DNA from: Nemertoderma westbladi
Taxonomy: Eukaryota > Animalia > Xenacoelomorpha
Direction: 5' to 3'
Length of the DNA: 54,578 bases
Assembly (NCBI GenBank): GCA_032718475.1
Contig: JAUCBJ010007261.1
Span: 1 to 54,578, forward strand
Made by a program: the position numbers and the translations under genes. Shown here in pieces: positions 47,871-54,578 of this stretch. Numbering within the stretch: the first letter of the stretch is position 1; each line of letters starts with the position of its first letter. A model generated the notes under the pieces. The model was not told the origin of the DNA, did not search any database, and worked only from the letters and a program-made list of their open reading frames with translations.

Positions 47871-49298
47871 TGGCACAAAAGTTGCCAAATTGTAAAAAAA
47901 TAAGGCATACAAAATTTCTTTAAATTTCGTCTATATCTTCATGGATCCCAAGAGGGTTGAAATGTTGAGCCATCGCAATGCTCCATAATGAAATTTATAA
48001 CAATATAACAAATTAATGAAAGATCAATGACTCCAGAAAGAACTTCCTGCATGCATCAAATGTCATCAAATGGGTCCAAACTTAGTTAGATACCAAAATT
48101 TTTGGGACCAAGGGAAGTAGTGCCACAGGCACATGAGCAGAACCTACTCTTTGGCGCAAGTGGCTCTTATTCTCAATTATGGTGATGGACATTCTCCTAC
48201 GGCATTAATATCATGCTCATTAGAACCGCAATGACCGATTTAGTGGGGGTAGACACCATCAAAACAAACATAGAGCGAATAGTTATTGAGATATTGCAGA
48301 AAATGTTAAGTCCAGCACAAGTCAACATTACCGCCTTAATGATTTATAGACAAATACACAAACATTTTACTTCTAATTATCTTAAGGGATCAAAAATATA
48401 CACATCACTGCAATTTATTGATAATCAATAATATTGAATTTATTTAGTGTATACAGAAACCTTCAAAATTAAAGAGTAGTGATTACAGTAATTCACTATA
48501 GCTTTTGTACAAAATGTGTGGAATGGGTCAACTCAATATCAAGTATTAATTGGAATATAGTAAAAAGTAATCAATTATTAATAAAAATATTAATTAACTC
48601 TAGTCTTGAAATTTTGTAAAATAACTCAAGAACTAATGACTCTAGGCCTTCTCTTATTTTGAAGGTGTCTGCACCCACTATATCGATAGTTCTGTGATGT
48701 GTCTATTCTTGATTCCTTGAGATAATTCAAAGCATCATTTTTAATGTATTTGTCCATCGCATCAAAAGGAACGTACATCAAAAAGCGGTAATGTACATCA
48801 AAAAGCGGTAATGTAGACTTGTGCCGGACTTCACATTTTATGCGATATCTCAAGAACTATTCGCTCTACGTTTGTTTAGAAGGTGTCTACCCCCACTATA
48901 TCGGTCATTGCGGTTCTAATGAGCATAATATTAATGCAGTAGGAGAACTCAAAGTTGGCCATCGCGAAAATTGAGAATAATCATGACTTGCACCAAATGG
49001 TAGGTTCTGGCCATGTGCCTGTGGCACTATTTACCTTGATCCAAAAGTTAAAATTTTGGTATCTAACTAAGTTTGGACCCATTTGATGACATTTGATGCA
49101 TGCAGGAAGTTCTTTCTTGGGTCATTGATCTTTCATCAATTATGGCGCATCGCGATGGCTCAAAATTTCAACCCTCTTGGGATCTGTGAAGATATAGACG
49201 AAATTTTTTTTTTGCCTTATTTTTTTAACATTTGGCAACTTTTGTGCGCCGGTTGAACAATGAAATTGAAAAAAAAAAGTAAAAAACGCACCGCCCTA
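47871..49298. mobile_element. Long-inverted-repeat DNA element (about 460-bp arms), hATm-like right terminus
   Basis: 47871-48335 is the diverged reverse complement of 48785-49246; right end CGCACCGCCCTA; left terminus missing; related copy near 54100-54395. Confidence 0.7.
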
Positions 49299-49362
49299 AT
49301 GCATAGTCCATGTGACACTGTATTAAAGAAGAGCAAAGTATCTTGCAGGAGTTGGTATTTAA

Positions 49363-50044
49363 AAAGCAGAGGACCTAATATACTACCTTGCGGTACACCA
49401 CAGGTAATCTCTTGTACAGTAGACTGCGATTTGCTAATGACTACAGTTTGACCTTTGTCTGACAGGCAGGACTTGAACCAGTCTATAGAACCTACACCCA
49501 TCAGGCCTAACTTACCAAGCAGAATTTCGTGATCTACAGTATCGAAAGCCTTTTGTAGGTCCAACATTACCATACCGGTATATAAACCCTTTGCGTTATT
49601 ACATCTAATTGTATCAGTTAAGTTAATAAGGCAGGTGTCTGTAGAATATGATTTACGAAAACCGGACTGAAGTTCATAGATCAGATTTAGCCTACTAAGA
49701 TGTGCCTCCAACTGTAAAAAAAAAACAGAACGTTCTAGAATTTTAGATACAATACTTAAGATACTAACAGGTCTGTAATTACAGGGTTCTACTTTACTAT
49801 TCTTTTTATACAGAGGAACAACCTTAGCTAATTTCAGTTCGTCTGGTACTACATTATCTACGATAGGGTAATTAATAATAAAAGTAACAGGCACTTTAAG
49901 TACTTCAGCATCATCCTTAAGAAAACGGGCAGGTATTAGGTCTAGACCGGTACTTTTTGAGGCTGATAGGCTAAGTAGATTTTGAAAAACGAAATCCTCA
50001 GAAACGGGTTTTAAAAATAACTTTTCTGAATTTTGTAATGTCAT
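49363..50044 (-). pseudogene. CR1/L2-type reverse transcriptase fragment
   Basis: NYRPVSIL, QSGFR, LDLQKAFDTVDH, GVPQGSILGPLLF; breaks off before YADD. Confidence 0.9.
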
Positions 50045-50710
50045 GTACCGTATGAGAAGGTGACTATCAAAGTAGCCCGGTGGCCGGAGGGCCGTAATTT
50101 AATTTTATTAAATGATATCAGATTAATTTAGAATTTAGTCTACTTTGCCTTTCCAGCAAAGCAAAATATGTCTGTATGTTTTTAGTTACATTAGCAGCCA
50201 GACCAGATAGGATTCATATTATCCCAGCCCAGGCATATATGGGTGGCCAAGGAAAGGTAATAAAGATTAAAGACTCCATCTAAATGTTGTATCGCTCAGC
50301 CACATCACCAATAATCAATAATCCCCCCCCCCCCCCCCCCCCCACTCTTCTCTACCATATAGTAGTCTGTAAATATGGCCTTGTAACTTGAACATAATGG
50401 AAGGAAGGGGGGCCTAATTGATCTAGCAGGAGGGTGTGGCGCCTCACTGTCGCTGCTATTCAGCACTGTGGGTACAGTGTACGTACAGCGTTGGGGTTTT
50501 GACTCCACCTGTGTTCAAACCAGGCCCGTATGGTGATCATAATATCTGGGGGGCAGAGGCCAAATCTGGGGGGGCAAACCCATAACTGGGATTTGGGGAG
50601 CAACAACTAAGTGAGAGTTAATTTAGTACATAAAGTATAATCAATATTGTTTAAAGGTGTGTGGGGCGAGCCACGAAGTTGGCGGAGCCTTGGTGAATTG
50701 ACACTGTTAA

Positions 50711-52273
50711 CCCTATTAGTACCGGGCTATAAAATGCTGTACAAATACCGGGGGGAGGGTCATATTGACCCCTCCCTCTAAAATCAACAAATATTAACGA
50801 AAACGTCTGACTTGTTTGTACGTAGGTATCACTAGTCTGGATCCGACCGAAAAAAAAATTTAGAAAAAATGTACTGGGATGGTAATATTGCAGCACCAAA
50901 ATTACAAGTAGTGCACAATTTTCACAAAATTTGAAAGTTACATTTTTCGGCTAATTGTTTTTCAATACAGGTTTTCTGGGGCGCAAAATACATTGGAAAA
51001 TATTTAAAAATGATATGATTACCATAAATGGCTGTTTAGTCCTCTATGCGTAGGAAAAAGATGAAAAAAACAAGTAACCAGCACTTTTCAGTTAGAACAC
51101 AACATTTTTAATTCACTTATACGATGCTATAAATTCACATTTTCAGGTTTTCTAGGGCGCTGATTCTAATGGAATACATTTCAAATATGCCAGATCATTG
51201 CTACATGTATTTTTCGGCGTAATTTGGCAAATTTTGGTGCTAGCACCAAATTTCGTACCCATCACCAAAAAGTACAAGTTTGCGATATCCAGTACTGTTT
51301 TTATTGATTCCATCGGATTCAGGACCCTCATAAACCCGTATAACGCAACAAACAAGATGATACTATCTACTGATCAATTTACTCATTTTCCAAAATTTGG
51401 TGCTGTCACAACAATTTTCACCCACTGGCGAAAGATACAAGTTTGAAAACTCTTATGAAATTTTTACTGATTCCATTGAATTCAGAACCCTAACAAACCC
51501 GTATAACGCAAGAAACAAGATGACACAATCAATTGATATATTTGACGGTTTTCAAAATTTGGTGCTAGCACCACATTTTGCACCCACTTCCGAAAAATAC
51601 AAGTTTGAGATGTCTAGTTCGATAATTATATATTCCATTGAATTCAGAACAGCCATAAACCTCTAAAATGCAAGAAATAAATTGTCACAAGCAATTTTAT
51701 CTATTGAATGGATTTTCAAAATTTCGTGCTAGCACCAAAATTTGCACACAGCACTGAAACGCTTGGTGCGCTTTGATACGCTTGGTGCAACTCGTATATA
51801 TTTCATCGAAACCAGAACCCCAAAAAACCCCAATTGCGTAAAAAACAAGTTTCAAACAATCAATTTACAAAACTGACCTATTTCAAAATTTGGTGCTGGC
51901 ACCAAAATTTGGCACCCGCCGAAAAAAACAAGTTTGAAATTTCTAAATCTATTTATATGAATTCCATCCAATTGCTAACACTAAAAAACCGTGTAAATCA
52001 AAAATAGAGATGTTACAATTAATATTTAATGAAATGTAATTTTCAAAAAACGTCTCAAAAAAAGTGCCAAAAGTAGGGTTAAAAAATGGTGCTATAACTA
52101 GAAAACTACCCAATATTTTTGAAAACGGTTTTCACTACTAGGAAGACAATAGATTTTTAGGAAAAGTCATAAAATCTCAGATTCCCAACTGCGTTTGTTT
52201 CAGAATTATAATAAAAAAACCACGGGGGGGTCATATTGACCCCCCCCCCCCCCCCCCCCCGGGTTTAATAGGG
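50711..52273 (+). mobile_element. piggyBac-type non-autonomous element, copy 2
   Basis: TTAA TSD, CCCT...AGGG termini, collinear with 19059-20609. Confidence 0.9.
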
Positions 52274-52578
52274 TTAAGGAGAATGTCAATAATGGCAAAT
52301 AGTTGTTAACGTAACTATTTTGACATTCATATAAGGCAGAATTTATTTAAAGCTGTCGAATTGAAAATTTGTAGGCATAAATATGTCCAAAACTTGACAT
52401 TATTTTGCGACTTTTGACCCCAACAGTTCAACAGTCTCCCGCTAGATGGCTACATGTCTAAACATTAAATGTCCTCCCATTTATTTGCTTTTAATCCGTT
52501 TAAGCTGAAACTTGGCAGAATTGTACTCGACCATTAGCTGTGTCATTTAAACTTTTTCTGTGGTCTTAACCCTTGTGT

Positions 52579-53971
52579 GGAAGGGGAAAAGCCACCACCA
52601 ATTTGGACTAAAGGTCAACTAAAGCCTCTCCCCAAGAAAGGAGACCTCGGCATACCAACAAACTATCGTGGGATCTGTCTGCTTGTGGTAGCTGACAAAA
52701 TATACAATAAAATGATTCTATATAGGATTAGGCCTCACATAGAGAAACTACTGCGTAAGAGCCAAAACGGATTTCGACCAAGTAAATCAACAACAACACT
52801 TGCACTATGGAGACGGATTGAAGGAATTAAGTCAAAGAATCTCCCCGCAGTCATGACTTTTGTGGACTTCAAGAAGGCATTCGACTCCATCCATAGAGGT
52901 AAAATGCTTGAAATCCTAAGAGCTTATGGAATACCAGAAGTAATTGTTGCTGGCATTGGATTGTTATATTGTGACACAGAAGCGCAGGTACTCTCACCAG
53001 ATGGTGAAACTGAGTTTTTCTCAATCCTGGCTGGCGTACTGCAAGGTGACACATTAGCACCATTACTATTTGTAATTGTGCTGGATTACGCAATGAGGAC
53101 GGCCACAAAGGGTGAAGATCTGGGATTCACACTTCAAGAATGCAGAAGTAGTAGATATCCGGCAACTACAGTCACAGACACCGACTTTGCGGATGACATC
53201 GCCCTGCTCTCTAATACGCTAGCAGATGCACAGCTTCTACTAAATAAAGTGGAGAGGGCTGCTAAGGAGGTTGGATTGCATATAAATGCTACCAAGACCG
53301 AATTCATGACCTTTAATGTTGATGGAAACTTGACAACCATTGATAATAATCAACTAAGGAAGGTCGATGACTTCCAGTACCTTGGATCATGGATAGAGAG
53401 TAGCAAAAAGGACATAGAAGTTAGGAAAGCAAAGGCTTGGGTAGCTCTATCAAAAATGGATACCATCTGGAAATCAGATCTCTCCAGGCACCTGAAGACT
53501 AAATTCTTTCGAGCCACAGTGGAAAGTGTGTGTATTTTAAGTGTAAGTAGTGTATTTTTATACGGGGGTGAGACCTGGACACTGACTAAATCACTTGAAC
53601 AACGAATTGATGGTTGCTACACAAGACTACTAAGGGCAGCCCTAAACATCAGCTGGAGACAACACATGACAAACGCCGAGCTTTATGGTACAATACCACC
53701 TGTATCAACCACCCTCCGTGAACGCAGATTAAGATTCAGTGGGCACTGCTGCCGAAGTAAAGACGAGGTCATACCAGATCTACTTCTCTGGCAACCAACT
53801 CATGGAAAGCGTAGTTGTGGACGACCTGCCATAACATATATAGATCAACTTGAAAGGGATACTGAACTTGGGAGAAACGAAATTGCGACAACTATGGAGA
53901 ATCGGGAAGCCTGGAAGGATCTCATTTCCACTGTCCGAGTTCGCTCGACCTAGTAGTAGTAGTAGTAGTAG
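52579..53971 (+). mobile_element. RTE LINE (second family), 5'-truncated, open RT frame
   Basis: NYRGI, FVDFKKAFDS, GVLQGDTLAP, DTDFADD; (TAG)n tail; 12-bp TSD TAACCCTTGTGT (52567-52578, 53972-53983). Confidence 0.95.
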
Positions 53972-54099
53972 TAACCCTTGTGTACCCCTTTGTTTCTCAA
54001 ACAGATGATTCCTTTGAGTTCAATTTTGACCTCAGGTAAATGAGATGGTTGGGGTGGTCCAAATAAATTGTTTTCGAATTTAAACTGAGTTTGCACATC

Positions 54100-54395
54100 A
54101 GATGTCATCAAATGAGCCCCAACTTCGATAGATACCAAAATTTTGATTTGGGGATGACAGGAAATATTCCCACAGGCACATGGCCAGTTCCCGCCCTTGG
54201 TGCAAGTGAGTCATATTCCCCATTTTTGTGATGATCAACTTCTATTATTCCTACTGCATTGATATTACGCTCATTTAGAACCGCCCCCAATGACCGATTT
54301 AGTTGGTGTAGACACCATCAAAACAAGCATAGAGCGAATAGTTTTTGAGATATTGCAGATAATGTGAAGTCCGGCACAAGTCAAAATTCGCGCCT
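54100..54395 (+). repeat. Dispersed copy of the 47871-48335 arm sequence
   Basis: Shared blocks GATACCAAAATTTT, CCACAGGCACATG, GTAGACACCATCAAAACAA, ATAGAGCGAATAG. Confidence 0.85.
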
Positions 54396-54578
54396 TGATG
54401 CGATATTGACAATGGTGGGTCATGTATGCCAGAGTAGATATGGGTGATGGGCCTCATATCTGACTCCATTGCGACACCCACCCTGTGGAATGGCAAACCA
54501 GGGTGTGGTATTTGCCCCGAGAGCTGACTCGGCAAAAAAGCACCCCCCAACCCCCACTATGGATTACATTAGCAATGC

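Overview
AT-rich animal (probably marine invertebrate) genomic DNA made almost entirely of nested transposons and satellites; no prokaryotic features, no intact multi-exon host gene and no RNA gene could be supported. Termini plus target-site duplications (TSDs) were read directly for: a Merlin-like foldback (6838-10330) containing a second Merlin-like element, a 158-bp satellite and a Sola1 derivative; a CCC/TA element containing an Academ that contains a hAT MITE; a young Academ (20655-25059) that keeps only an open XPG/FEN-like nuclease half; piggyBac-type MITEs; a Kolobok with a broken transposase; hAT MITEs; and two RTE LINE families. Fragments of hAT, MULE, pogo, CR1/L2 and a tyrosine recombinase are also present, plus two arrays of the same 57-bp satellite. 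The only host-derived ORF is an intronless Prp19-like minigene (U-box + coiled coil, no WD40). Best leads: the Prp19 minigene, the nuclease-only Academ, and the tyrosine recombinase beside a 46-bp array. Family names come from motifs, termini and TSDs read by eye; no searches were run.
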